Source: Candidatus Eiseniibacteriota bacterium
GTDB taxonomy: Bacteria; Eisenbacteria; RBG-16-71-46; JABDJR01; JAWXBZ01
Direction: 5' to 3'
Length of the DNA: 64,000 nt
NCBI GenBank assembly: GCA_034440375.1
Contig: JAWXBZ010000105.1
Coordinates: 2,269 to 66,268, forward strand
Shown here one piece after another: positions 20,248 through 30,800 of this stretch (the stretch's first letter is position 1; each line of letters begins with the position of its first letter). The notes below the pieces were generated by a model. That model was not told the DNA's origin, ran no database searches, and saw only the letters and a program-made list of their open reading frames with translations. The translations under genes were made by a program, and so were the position numbers.

Positions 20248-21047
20248 CGGCCAGCATGGATCTGAATGCCGACGTTGGCGAATCGCCATCCGCACTGGCG
20301 GACGGCTCGGAGGAGCGGCTGATCGCGATGGTCAGTTCGGTCAATGTCGCCTGCGGTGGTCATGCCGGCGATCACGCCTCGATGCACGCGGTGGTGATGC
20401 TGGCGATGCGTCACGGCGTCGCCGTCGGCGCACACCCGGCCTATCCGGATCGCCGGAACTTCGGCCGCCGCGAACTGGACATGAGCCACGTAGATCTCAC
20501 GGCATCGATCAAAAGGCAGGTGACCGACTTCGTGAACATCGCCGGCTCGCTGGGGACGACGATCCGACACATCAAGCCTCACGGGGCCCTCTACAACGCG
20601 GCGGCCCACGATCGGCCTGTGGCGGAATTGATCGGGCAGTGTCTCCTGCCGTGGCGCGGGCGTGTCCATCTGGTCGGCCTGGCCGGATCGATCATGCTCG
20701 AGGTCTGGGCATCCATGGGATTCCGGGTGGCCGCCGAGGCCTTCGCCGACCGTCGCTACGAGCCCGACGGCCGGCTGCGCTCGCGCGAGCATGACGATGC
20801 CCTGATCCACGACAAGGCGGATGCGGCGCGTCAGGCGATCCAGATTGCGGAGCAGGGCACCGTGCTTGCCCTCGACGGCTCGGTTCATGCGTGCCGCGCC
20901 GACACCATCTGCCTGCACGGTGACGCGGCGGGTGCGATGGAGCGGGTAATCGAAGTTCGGCGTGCCCTGGAAGCGGGGGGCATCCGAATCGCCGCGCCAT
21001 GGCCCGTATTCGGATCGCCCTTGAATACGCCCCCCGGTGTACCATGA
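20244..21047 (+). CDS. pxpA: 5-oxoprolinase subunit A (PxpA, LamB/YcsF family)
   Basis: DLNADVGES...VNVACGGHAGD...IKPHGALYN motifs. Either a GTG start at 20244 overlapping the pxpC stop, or the ATG at 20256. Confidence 0.8.
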   Translation: MTASMDLNADVGESPSALADGSEERLIAMVSSVNVACGGHAGDHASMHAVVMLAMRHGVAVGAHPAYPDRRNFGRRELDMSHVDLTASIKRQVTDFVNIAGSLGTTIRHIKPHGALYNAAAHDRPVAELIGQCLLPWRGRVHLVGLAGSIMLEVWASMGFRVAAEAFADRRYEPDGRLRSREHDDALIHDKADAARQAIQIAEQGTVLALDGSVHACRADTICLHGDAAGAMERVIEVRRALEAGGIRIAAPWPVFGSPLNTPPGVP

Positions 21048-21068
21048 CCTTCTCCCGGGGAGTACGCG

Positions 21069-24000
21069 ATGGCCGGAACACGTTTTAATGTCGTCGATGC
21101 GCGCCTGGCGCGCCCGAGATTGCCGCAGGTGCTGGAGCGTAGCCGGCTCCTCGATCAGATCCGTACCGGCCTTCTTGAATTTCCCCTGACACTGATCACG
21201 GCCGGCGCCGGCTACGGGAAAACCACCCTCATGGCGTCCGCGGCCGAACTCAACCCGGACGGCACCCTCTGGTACTCCCTCGGCGAGGAGGATGCCGACC
21301 TCACGCGATTCCTGCAGCACATCGCCGCGGCGCTCCAACGTCGCAATCGGCGGCATGGCCGGGGCTTGAGCGCCCTCCTGGGCGAAGGGGCGGTGGGTGC
21401 CCGATCGGCCACGGCCGCGGCCGGAGCGTTGCTGAACGACTTCGAGAGGATTCGCGAACCGCTGATCCTGGCCATCGACGATCTTCACCTGGTGAGCGGC
21501 TCGACCGAAATCAGCCAGTTCCTGGAAACGCTGGTCGAGAACAATCGCACCCTTGTCCACCTGATGCTGGCCACCCGGACCGAACCACCGCTTCCACTCG
21601 GCCGATTACGGGCAAGGCGAATGATATTCGAGCTGGGTTCCGCGGATCTGGCGTTCACGTCGGACGAGATGCGCTCACTTCTCGAGGAAGTCCATCATCG
21701 CCCCGTGTCCGAATCGGATCTGGAGTTTCTCACCCGATTCACGGAAGGATGGGTCACGCCGATCCAGCTGGCGCTTCAGGCGGGTCGCACGCTGGCTCCC
21801 CAGGACTTGCCGCGAGCGCTGGAGCGAGCCATGGCCTCCGGCGCGACGCTCCATGACTATCTGGCCGTCGAGATCCTGGATCGACAGTCGCCCGAATGGC
21901 GACGCTGGATCCTGGAGAGTTCGCCCTTCGAGGAGATCGAGCCCGATCTGCTTCGGTCGGTCCTTGGTGAGTCGGATCCGGAAGGACGCCTGCGCGAGCT
22001 GCTGCGAAAGAGCCTGATTCAGGCGTTTGAGAGTGATTCCGGGATCGTGTACCGGTACCACACGCTCCTGCGTGATCTGTTCATGCGGCGATTTCGCGCG
22101 GAGCTGCCGGAGGCCGATCGTGAAAAGCTCCACACGTCGGCAGCGGCCTGGTTTCGACGCCGGGGCGATCTGGTCGCGGCGGCACGGCAGCTGGCCTTCC
22201 TCGAGGATCGGACGGCGCTGGCGGAGTTTCTTCGCGCCGAGGCCCTGACGCTGCTCGACTCGGGGCAGTACCAGGCCCTGGCCCACTGGTTGGAACAGTT
22301 ACCCCCCGGGCTGCTTGACGAAGACCCCTGGCTCCGGTTGCGCCGGGGCGATGCCCGCCACTATCTCGGCGACTGGCCGGGCGCCGAGCTTGACTACGAA
22401 CGGGCCCAGGCCCTCTTCCAGGATCAGGGAGACACGAGCGGCGAAGCCTGGACGACCCTTGGCCTCGCGCGACTCTGGAATCTTCGGGGTCAATCCCGAC
22501 GGGCCGTGGAGGAAGGCGAGGCGGCTTTGGGCACGCTCACCGACTCGGGCGATCGCTCGTCGGAAGAGCTGGAGGTTCGGCTATTGAAGGTCGTTTCCGG
22601 TGCCCATTACTACCTGGGGCAGTATGCGGACGCCATTCGCCGACTCGATCGACTGGAGGAACTGGCACGAGGGCACGCGGAGCGACAGGCCGTCGTCTGG
22701 AACAATCGCGCGGTGGTGCACGCCAGCCAGGGCAACTTTCCGGCCGCTGCCGCGGCCTTTGAAAAGGGATTGCGGCGTCCCGGCGCCCGACAATCGCCGC
22801 GGGCCGCGCTTCACCTGTCGAATCTCGGACTCCTGCTGAACGAAATGGGGGATCCGGAGCGTGCCCGGCCGCTCTTCGATGAGGCGCTCCGTCGAGCCCG
22901 GCGCTGGCAGAATCGGAGTCACATCCTCTCGGCGCTGCTCGGGCAGGCGCACCTGAACTATCGGTTGGGAAACATGGAGGCGTGTCTTGCGCGCCTGCGG
23001 GAGGCGGATGAGCTCAACGAGGAGCTTCGGATCCCGCTCCTCAAGTCCGATGCCCTGGCCCTCCGATCGCGCGTCCTGGCAGAGGCCGGCCAGTTTGCGG
23101 CGGCGCGCGAGCTGCTGCGGAGCGGGCTTGCCGCCTACGGCCCGGCCACGCGCGATTCGCACTGGCTGCTGTACCGGGTGGAGGATGCCGTGCTCGACCT
23201 TCGTGCCGGACGGTTGGAGGAAGCCTATGCCGCCCTCACGGAACTGCGTCCAGTGGCCTTCGAACTCGAGGCACTCTTTCCCCGGATGCGACTTCTCTTC
23301 CACCGCGGCGAGGCGGCGCGCCAGCTGGGGCTCGATTCCGCCGAAGAGGAAATGTCCGAAGCCCTCGGCCTCGGCCGATCACTCGGATATGACGCCTTTC
23401 TGCGGGCCGAATTTCGGCGCGATACGGCGCCCTTCTTCTACCTTCTGCGGCGAGGCCGGGAATGCGAGTTCATCGCCCGGCTGGCAGCGGGCGCCGGCTC
23501 GACGCTCGAGCTGGAGATTCTCCAGATGGCCGGGGAGGAGTCGCTGCCGCCCGAAGCCGGACGCGCCATTCTTCAAATCCTGGGTGAAATCGGCGGTCCC
23601 TCAAGCCATCGGCGCATCAGTGCGTCCGCCTGGGCCGCGGACGGAGCGCTGGTCCGCTCGGCGCGCGCGGCCCTGGAGGCCATCGAACGGCGGCACCCCG
23701 AAAGCCGGACGCTGAAGTCCTCAGGCCTCCCTGGCCTGCGCCTGACAACGCTCGGCCCGCTGCACCTCTTTGGACCTCTCGGCGAGATCGAGCCGGCGCG
23801 GTGGCGGTCACAGCGGGCCCTGTCAATCTTCCTCTACCTGGCCATGCGGGGCGGGCGCGGGGTGCCCCGGGATCGCCTGGTCGAACTCTTCTGGCCGGGA
23901 CGGCAGCGGCGCAGTGCCCAGGGCAATTTTCATCCGACTCTCTCCTACATCCGGGGCGCCCTCCGCGACGTCAGCGAGGGTCAGGTCGTGGTCGTCCGGA

Positions 24001-24476
24001 ATGCGCTGTACCAGCTCGATCCCGACCTCCTCCTGACAATTGATGCCCATCGCTTCGAGGCCCTGGCTGTTGAAGGACGCACGAGGACCAAACCGGCGGA
24101 CCGGATCAAGACGCTGGAGGAGGCGGTAGCCCTGTATCAGGGCGATTTCCTGGATGGCCGCGATGAGCCCTGGACGGACGAAATCCGCACCCGACTGGCA
24201 CTTGGCTTCGAAAATGTGCTGGCGGCGCTGGCGGCGCTGCTGGTCCAGGGCAACGAGCCAGCCCGGGCCATTCCCGTCTGCCGGCGCCTCCTGGACCGGA
24301 GCCCCTACCGGGAAGAGGTTCACGTCCGCCTGATGGGGTGCTACAATCTGATTGGCGATCGTCATGCAATACTCGAGCATTACCGACGACTGACGCGCCT
24401 GCTTCGCGAGGACCTGGGATCCGAGCCGCTCCCGGAAACGACTCGCTCGTACGAATCCTTGATTGCCGCAACTTAA
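21069..24476 (+). CDS. Large ATP-dependent transcriptional regulator: MalT-like N-terminal P-loop ATPase, TPR-like repeat region and a C-terminal OmpR-type winged helix plus BTAD (SARP-type) module
   Basis: N-terminus RLARPRLPQVLERSRLLDQIRTGLLEFPLTLITAGAGYGKTTL resembles the MalT N-terminus, with a Walker B at LILAIDDLH. The C-terminal 250 aa has a wHTH (LRLTTLGPLHLFG...RALSIFLYLA...) followed by a BTAD (AVALYQGDFLDG...RLMGCYNLIGDRHAILEHYRRL). Confidence 0.7.
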   Translation: MAGTRFNVVDARLARPRLPQVLERSRLLDQIRTGLLEFPLTLITAGAGYGKTTLMASAAELNPDGTLWYSLGEEDADLTRFLQHIAAALQRRNRRHGRGLSALLGEGAVGARSATAAAGALLNDFERIREPLILAIDDLHLVSGSTEISQFLETLVENNRTLVHLMLATRTEPPLPLGRLRARRMIFELGSADLAFTSDEMRSLLEEVHHRPVSESDLEFLTRFTEGWVTPIQLALQAGRTLAPQDLPRALERAMASGATLHDYLAVEILDRQSPEWRRWILESSPFEEIEPDLLRSVLGESDPEGRLRELLRKSLIQAFESDSGIVYRYHTLLRDLFMRRFRAELPEADREKLHTSAAAWFRRRGDLVAAARQLAFLEDRTALAEFLRAEALTLLDSGQYQALAHWLEQLPPGLLDEDPWLRLRRGDARHYLGDWPGAELDYERAQALFQDQGDTSGEAWTTLGLARLWNLRGQSRRAVEEGEAALGTLTDSGDRSSEELEVRLLKVVSGAHYYLGQYADAIRRLDRLEELARGHAERQAVVWNNRAVVHASQGNFPAAAAAFEKGLRRPGARQSPRAALHLSNLGLLLNEMGDPERARPLFDEALRRARRWQNRSHILSALLGQAHLNYRLGNMEACLARLREADELNEELRIPLLKSDALALRSRVLAEAGQFAAARELLRSGLAAYGPATRDSHWLLYRVEDAVLDLRAGRLEEAYAALTELRPVAFELEALFPRMRLLFHRGEAARQLGLDSAEEEMSEALGLGRSLGYDAFLRAEFRRDTAPFFYLLRRGRECEFIARLAAGAGSTLELEILQMAGEESLPPEAGRAILQILGEIGGPSSHRRISASAWAADGALVRSARAALEAIERRHPESRTLKSSGLPGLRLTTLGPLHLFGPLGEIEPARWRSQRALSIFLYLAMRGGRGVPRDRLVELFWPGRQRRSAQGNFHPTLSYIRGALRDVSEGQVVVVRNALYQLDPDLLLTIDAHRFEALAVEGRTRTKPADRIKTLEEAVALYQGDFLDGRDEPWTDEIRTRLALGFENVLAALAALLVQGNEPARAIPVCRRLLDRSPYREEVHVRLMGCYNLIGDRHAILEHYRRLTRLLREDLGSEPLPETTRSYESLIAAT

Positions 24477-24488
24477 GGTGTCTAAAGG

Positions 24489-27062
24489 ATGAGATCGGGC
24501 AACGGCCGGACCGTGACCAGAATCCAGATTCCATTTCGCGCCATCGTCCTCCTGGCATGCGTCCTGCTGCCTGCTGCCCTTCCCGCCCCCGCAGTCGCCT
24601 CGGAACCCTGGATGTGGGATCAGGACGAGGACGGCATCGACGATCGACTGACGGCCACATTCCAGCAGGGGATTTCCGCCGCCTACGAGAATGGCGATCC
24701 GGAAGGCCGGCTGCGGTTCGACGTATCAACTCTGAACAACGCGCTCCAGTACGGCGGCTACATCCTGTATGACCACCCGCCGACCACGCTTGACAGCCTG
24801 GCCCTGGCAGGCGCCGGCGCCGAGGTCATCACGCGGTTCATCTCGGTGCCCTACATCCGCGTGCGGGCACTCTACCCGAGCCTGGTCGCCATTGCCGCCC
24901 AACCCGGCGTGGAGCGCGTCGAAGCGGTGACGCTGATGTTCCCCACCAACTGGAGGACCACCGGTGCCGTCGGCATCCGAGGTGGCGGAAGCGGCGCGGC
25001 TCCGGCACTTCACGAACTCGGTGGCCCCACCGGCAGTGGCTCGGTCGTGGCGATTCTCGATACGGGAATCAATGACACGCCGATCGGTGCCTATCCCGGC
25101 CATTCCGACATTGCCGGAAAAGTACTGGGGGGCAGCTCCTACTCCGGACCCGGCCCACTCGGTTACACGAACTGGGGATCCAGCGTCAATCCGGCCCAGT
25201 CGACGCCCGGCCTGTCGAGCTACCACGCCACCCACGTCGCGGGGACCATCGCCGGAGCCGGCCGCGACCGAACATTTGGCGGCATGGCGCCCGACGCGCG
25301 ACTGGTCGACGTCAAGGTGCTGGATGACTCTGGAACGGGGTACGGCCTGGCGGAGGGGCTTGAGTGGTGTCTCCAGAACCGGACCCGCGTCTGGGACCCC
25401 ACGCACACGGGCATCGACGTCATCAACCTGAGTCTCACCTCGATCGATCCCTCGGACGGTCAGGATTGTGTCTGCCGGCTGGTCAATGCCGCCGCCGCCA
25501 GTGGAATCGTTGTCGTGGCCGCCGCCGGCAATGATGGTCGTTGTAAATTCATCCCCGCGCCAGGTGCCGCGGATCAGGCCATCACCGTCGGTGCCCTCGA
25601 TCTGGATGTCGCATCGGCATCGAGCCGGCCGGCGCTCGCCACCTTTTCCAACGACGGTCCGCGAAACGACGACCTGGATGGCGGTCACGCCGACGAACTG
25701 AAACCCGACCTGGTGGCACCGGGCACCCAGATCGCCGCCGCCTGGGGCGCCCCGCTCGGCACGGGCCAGGGTTGGCGCCGGAGCAGCGGGACGAGCATGG
25801 CGGCTGCCACCGTTTCGGGCGTGGTGGCCCTGCTTCGCGAGACCAGCCCCACCGCGTCGCCCGATCAGATCCGAGAGATACTCCGCCGGACGGCCCGGCA
25901 CCGGACCGACACCACCCTCGGTTGTTCCATCGGCGCCGATCCGTACGGGATCGAGCCGGACTGGCGGGCCGGCTTCGGCTTCGGCGAACTGGATGCCCTC
26001 GCCGCCTGGGAAGAGCTGGTTCATGAGACAACCACCCAGTATGTAAACCTGTCAGCGGAGTTCCAGGCCGGTTCGGGTGAGATCGAATTCGCCTGGACCA
26101 CGCAGCGGGAGTCCGGAACCACCAGTTTCCTGGTCGAGCGGGCCGATGATCTGGGCGGCGCACCGGGAACATTCACGCCGGTTTCGCCGGCTGTTCCGGC
26201 GGTCGGCTTTTCCAATCTCGCCCTGGGCAACCGGACGACCTATCTCTGGTCCGACCCGGTGCCGGCCGGTCGCAAATTCTGGTACCGGGCGCGTACGCTG
26301 GGCGGCCCCACGACCATATCGTCGTCGATCCCGGCTCGAAGCGAGGACCCCATAGGGCGTGCGGAGATCACCTTCTGGCACAACCGCCCGGAACTCGATT
26401 GGACGATGCAGTTCGGTTCCGGTCCCTGGATTGCCCCGCCGGATTGGAGCTCACCCCTGGCGATCGACGCGGACCTGAACTCCGCAGCACCCTTGCCCAG
26501 CGCCGATCCCGAGGACAAGTACCAGGGGATCCTGGTTCGATCCCTCTATGCCAGCGACATCCCCGCGTGGCTCCTGCCTCCGTCTGCATCCCACCCCTGG
26601 TGGTTCGAAACCCTGGAAGGCAACTCGCCCGATCATTCGGGGCTGGTCACCGACTTCCGAATTGTGGTGGGGATGACTCTGTACCAGTCGTCAGACCCGA
26701 TGCCACAGTTGACCATCGAGGGTTCGCCCACCGTTGTTGTCATCCCGACGATCACCATCTCGGGGACGATGGCCAATGGGGCACCGGACGCCGGGCCCCG
26801 TTGGCTGCGCGTGCGGGTCAACCCGGCCCGTGGCCCGGTTCAACTGAACCTTCCGCCTGGCAGCGATGCCTCGACCCTGACCATTCTTGATATCCAGGGA
26901 CGCATCGTGCGCCGCTTGCCGATTCCGGCTACGGCTGGTGAGTCCGTCGTCACCTGGGACGGGAGCAATGAGTCCGGCGAGGAGACGCCCTCCGGCCGCT
27001 ATTTCGCTCGGCTCGACGATGGCACCACGCGACAGGTTGTGGGCGTGGTCCGGATTCGCTGA
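24489..27062 (+). CDS. Secreted S8-family serine peptidase (subtilisin-like) with a C-terminal T9SS type-A/FlgD-Ig-like domain
   Basis: Signal peptide; catalytic triad motifs VVAILDTGIND (Asp), HATHVAGTIAG (His) and SGTSMAAATVSGVVALL (Ser); C-terminal tail TLTILDIQGRIVRRL...SGRYFARL.... Confidence 0.8.
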   Translation: MRSGNGRTVTRIQIPFRAIVLLACVLLPAALPAPAVASEPWMWDQDEDGIDDRLTATFQQGISAAYENGDPEGRLRFDVSTLNNALQYGGYILYDHPPTTLDSLALAGAGAEVITRFISVPYIRVRALYPSLVAIAAQPGVERVEAVTLMFPTNWRTTGAVGIRGGGSGAAPALHELGGPTGSGSVVAILDTGINDTPIGAYPGHSDIAGKVLGGSSYSGPGPLGYTNWGSSVNPAQSTPGLSSYHATHVAGTIAGAGRDRTFGGMAPDARLVDVKVLDDSGTGYGLAEGLEWCLQNRTRVWDPTHTGIDVINLSLTSIDPSDGQDCVCRLVNAAAASGIVVVAAAGNDGRCKFIPAPGAADQAITVGALDLDVASASSRPALATFSNDGPRNDDLDGGHADELKPDLVAPGTQIAAAWGAPLGTGQGWRRSSGTSMAAATVSGVVALLRETSPTASPDQIREILRRTARHRTDTTLGCSIGADPYGIEPDWRAGFGFGELDALAAWEELVHETTTQYVNLSAEFQAGSGEIEFAWTTQRESGTTSFLVERADDLGGAPGTFTPVSPAVPAVGFSNLALGNRTTYLWSDPVPAGRKFWYRARTLGGPTTISSSIPARSEDPIGRAEITFWHNRPELDWTMQFGSGPWIAPPDWSSPLAIDADLNSAAPLPSADPEDKYQGILVRSLYASDIPAWLLPPSASHPWWFETLEGNSPDHSGLVTDFRIVVGMTLYQSSDPMPQLTIEGSPTVVVIPTITISGTMANGAPDAGPRWLRVRVNPARGPVQLNLPPGSDASTLTILDIQGRIVRRLPIPATAGESVVTWDGSNESGEETPSGRYFARLDDGTTRQVVGVVRIR

Positions 27063-27184
27063 TCAAACGAACCTGGCTGTTGCTACCCCTCCTGGATGCA
27101 TGAACGGATCCATGTTCAATCATTTTATGTAAGTTAATTGTTTTCAACAAGATGTGGCCTTCCGGCTTGAATTAAATCCCGGTT

Positions 27185-27206
27185 ACTCAATACCCACTCA
27201 ATACCC
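27185..27206 (+). promoter_or_regulatory. Perfect 11-bp tandem direct repeat ACTCAATACCC x2 in an AT-richer intergenic region
   Basis: Read directly from the sequence. It lies about 75 bp upstream of the ATG at 27282. Direct repeats with one-helical-turn periodicity are the usual binding-site architecture for OmpR/SARP-type winged-helix regulators, established for Streptomyces SARPs. Confidence 0.4.
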
Positions 27207-27281
27207 CCCCGACAAACTTCCTCCTGTCAGTCACCCAGAGCCGGATGGCTGGTCCGATGGCCCCACCGAGGAGGTTTCAAG

Positions 27282-27854
27282 ATGCATCGCTTGACGTGCA
27301 AGGCGAGTCGCGCCGCCCAAATCATCCCACTGGTCCTGGTGGCCGGGGCGATGGCGCTGTCGATTCAAGCATTTCGATCCGGATCAACCGACAACTCCGG
27401 AGTGACGCCCGCCCTTGTCACTCCGAATTACGAAGTCTCGACCTGCAACCTGCGTCATCCGATCGAAGCCCGGCTGGTGCCGCAGGGCGCAATGACCCGG
27501 GGCGGCACGGTGCGCGTGGCGCTCGAGGTTGAGGCCACGGTGTCCCTTTCCGCCGCCGAGGCCCGAATCCTCTCCAGCGGCGGGGCCACGATTCTCGGAC
27601 GTCAGCGGGCCGAACTCGGAACACTCGACGCCGGTGATGTCCGGCGCATCGAGTTCACCCTGCGTCTTCCGGAGAACGGCCGGCGGTTCGTTCTACAAGT
27701 TCTGACCACCGGCGAATCAACCACCGGCCCGATGAATCGTCTGGCGATGCTGAACATCCTGCCCGACGGCCCGGCCGATCCGGGGCAGGTCGTGACAACC
27801 CCCACCGGCGAATCGATCCGCCAGTACGCCTCGAGCGGGCGGAGGATCAACTGA
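27282..27854 (+). CDS. Hypothetical secreted protein
   Basis: Signal peptide (IIPLVLVAGAMALSIQA). The stop overlaps the downstream ATG (TGATG), indicating translational coupling with the large exoprotein gene. Confidence 0.45.
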   Translation: MHRLTCKASRAAQIIPLVLVAGAMALSIQAFRSGSTDNSGVTPALVTPNYEVSTCNLRHPIEARLVPQGAMTRGGTVRVALEVEATVSLSAAEARILSSGGATILGRQRAELGTLDAGDVRRIEFTLRLPENGRRFVLQVLTTGESTTGPMNRLAMLNILPDGPADPGQVVTTPTGESIRQYASSGRRIN

Positions 27855-30800
27855 TGCGCCTCCTCGATCGCCTCCGTCATGGGAAGGGCTGTCCGAACAA
27901 GTCCTTCGCCTACCTCATCGCCCTGATCATCCTGATCACGCTCGTCGCGACCCTCGTGCTCACCTCCTTCGTCACGTCCGCCGAGGCCGCCTTCACGGCC
28001 AGCGGCCGCTTCCTGTATGCCGACAAGCTCTGGGACAAGGACGGCTACACGGGTCAGGAACAGAACCTGCCCATCCGCCACGCGCGGGTCGAAATCGTCG
28101 ATGTTCCGTCGCTCCAGGTGATCGGATCCGGCGTTGCCGACGCCGACGGCAATTACTCGATCACGGTCACGCCACTGGCGCCGATCGTGCCGGTCAACGT
28201 GGTAGCTCGTGTCCTGACCGACGGGCGCACCGCCGGCTACGAAATTCGTATCGTCGACGAACTGACGCGCGGCCTGGGTGAGCCCGCCGTCATCGGCAAC
28301 ATTCACGCCGTCCTCAACGATCCGGTCCTGAATCACAACCAGGCCCAGCCGCTCAATTTCGGCACGTTTCTACTCGAGGATCCGGACGGCACGGGTGTGG
28401 CCCAGGCCTTCAACATCTTTGACTGTGCCGTGGATTACTTCGACTGGATGGCCCAGCCGGGCCTCTTGAACCGGCTGCCGAATGCCACCGAATACGTCAT
28501 TTTTGCGTGGTCGCCGACCAGCTCCAATGAGGGTTCCAACTACAGCGGCCACGCAATTCTTCTGGCATCCCCAGGCCAGGGGAACGACACGGACGCCTGG
28601 TCCGACACGGTCATCCTCCATGAAACCGGCCACTGGTTCGATGACTTTTTCTCGAGGTCGGACAATCCTGGCGGCCCGCACGGGATAGGTGACAACAACG
28701 CCAATGTGCTGCTGGCCTATGGTGAAGGTGTGGCCACGTTTCACTGCGCCAAGGTCCGCAAGCTCCGGGCCACCACCCGCCTGAACCTGATCGCACAGCC
28801 GATCGACAGCCACGTCAGCATCTACGGCGACCTGATGATTCCGCCCGATTCGATGATGGCCGGCGGCCTGTCGTTCTCCTACGACTTCGAGACCGGCGTC
28901 GTCTTCCAGCCGGGCCTGCCGCCGGGTGGCTTCTTTATCGGCCAGCGGGGCAGCGCCAACGAAACAAACGTTACCTCGGCCCAGTGGGACCTGGTGGACG
29001 ACGCAGGAACCCCGGATGAAACCCCGGGCGTCGACGACGATCAGGTTGGTGTCAACGATGCCATCCCGTTCGCGATCGAGCGCATCTGGTTGCCCGGCCT
29101 CCCAGCCGGCAATGCGGTCACGATCGAGGACTATTACCAGGGGTGGTACGCCCAGAACGGCGCCAATTTCATGCGCGCCGGCGTGGACGACATCTTCTTC
29201 AACCTGTCGCTGATGGAGTTCTACCCCGACTCGTACGAGCCGGATGGCACCGCGGCGCAGGCAACTTCGATTGCGCCACTGGCCTACTCCGTGACGACTG
29301 GCGCGCACCTGGTCATCAGCGAGATCGACCTCGGCGCCCAGGATGCCGTGGAGGTCTTCAACCCGTCCGACGCCGCGATCGACATGACCGGCTGGCAGAT
29401 CCAGGTGTACGTCAATGGCGACGCCGCCCCGGTGGTCAGCCGCATCTACACGTTTCCAGCCTTCACGCTCGATCCGGGTGAGGCCGTGGCGCTGCTCGAG
29501 CGCGGCGATCCGCTGAACAACGGCGCGCACCACCTCTACGGCGGCAGCACCGTGCCCAACTCGTGGAACGCCTCATGGAACTACGGCCTCGACGGGGCCG
29601 TCGTCCTGCGGGATGCGTCCAGCCAGGCCGTGGACTTTGTGAGCTGGCGACATGGGAACGGCACCCCGAACAGCACCCCGGTACCGTCGGGCACGGCCTT
29701 CACCGGCCTCCTCGACAGTCCCCCAGCGGCATCCAACCTGGCGCGTGACATCAACGGCACGGATACCGATGCCGCGGCCGATTTCACCCCAGAGGACGGC
29801 ACGCTGGCCTCGGCCAACGGCACCTTCTCACGGCATCAGACTCTGTTCGACCTGGGCGATGCCGACCTGATCCGTTTCGACGCCGTGGCCGGCATGCGCT
29901 ACGGCTTCGAGGTCCGGGCATTTTTCAGCGCCAGCGATCCGTTCGTCGAGCTCCTCTCACCGACGGGCGCGATCCTCGGGTCGAACGACAACTCGGACCC
30001 CGGCATCCGGGACGCCCGCATCGATCTCTTCGCCGGAACGACCGGCACTTACTATCTCAAAGTGCGCCACGTCGGTCCGCACACCGACTGGGCGGCCTAC
30101 AACGTGGCGGCCTTCCAGCGTCCGCCGAGCACGACGCTGCTGGCTCCTGGTGGCATCACGGCCACGGCCCAGAATGTCAACAACATCAACGATCCGGTCC
30201 ACCTGGACTGGCTGAACGGGGCGCCCTACGACTCGGTGCGGCTGTATCGCAACGGGGCGCTGCTCCAGACACTCCCGGGCTCCTCGACCAGCTACGACGA
30301 CCTGGCCGACCGCGGTGTGTATACCTATGAAGTTTCGGGTGTCGGCGGGTTGAGCGAAACCGCCAGGGCCTCGACCAACGAATACGCCGGTGTCATCGGC
30401 TGCTTTGTTTCCGAGGACTTCGAGCAGGGGAACGCCAACGACTGGATCAGCCCCCCCAACACATGGGGCGTCACGGCGCTGGCGGAGGGGGGCGTGTTCG
30501 GTTACACGGACAGCCCGGTCGGCACCTCTCGCGGTTGTGCCGGCGTCCTGGAAAGTTGCACCACCTCCACCCCGACCGTCCTCCGAGTCCCGGTTCGGCT
30601 CCCGCCCAATTCGCACCTCATGTTCGACCAGATCTGCATCACCGAACATTGCGCACCGACGCCATGCGATCTCGGCATCGTCGAGATCTCCACGGACGAG
30701 GGAACCAGCTGGACGGAAATCGCCCGCTACGATCAGGCCAGCGATCCGGCCTGGACCGACAATGTGGCTGATCCGACCGACTGGCGGCCCGCGGATCTCT

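Noticed and set aside
20085-21560. 491-aa minus-strand ORF spanning pxpC, pxpA and the regulator start
   Set aside because: It runs antisense across three well-supported plus-strand genes and across intergenic DNA. Its translation is low-complexity, so it is spurious.
24726-26024. 432-aa minus-strand ORF opposite the S8 peptidase gene (also 28370-29533, 29957-30649, 35253-36101, 38214-39260, 43464-44567, 46247-47068, 58006-58983 and 59831-60403 opposite other genes)
   Set aside because: All are antisense to genes with clear catalytic motifs and have Gly/Arg/Ala/Pro-rich translations. These are GC-skewed codon shadow ORFs, not genes.
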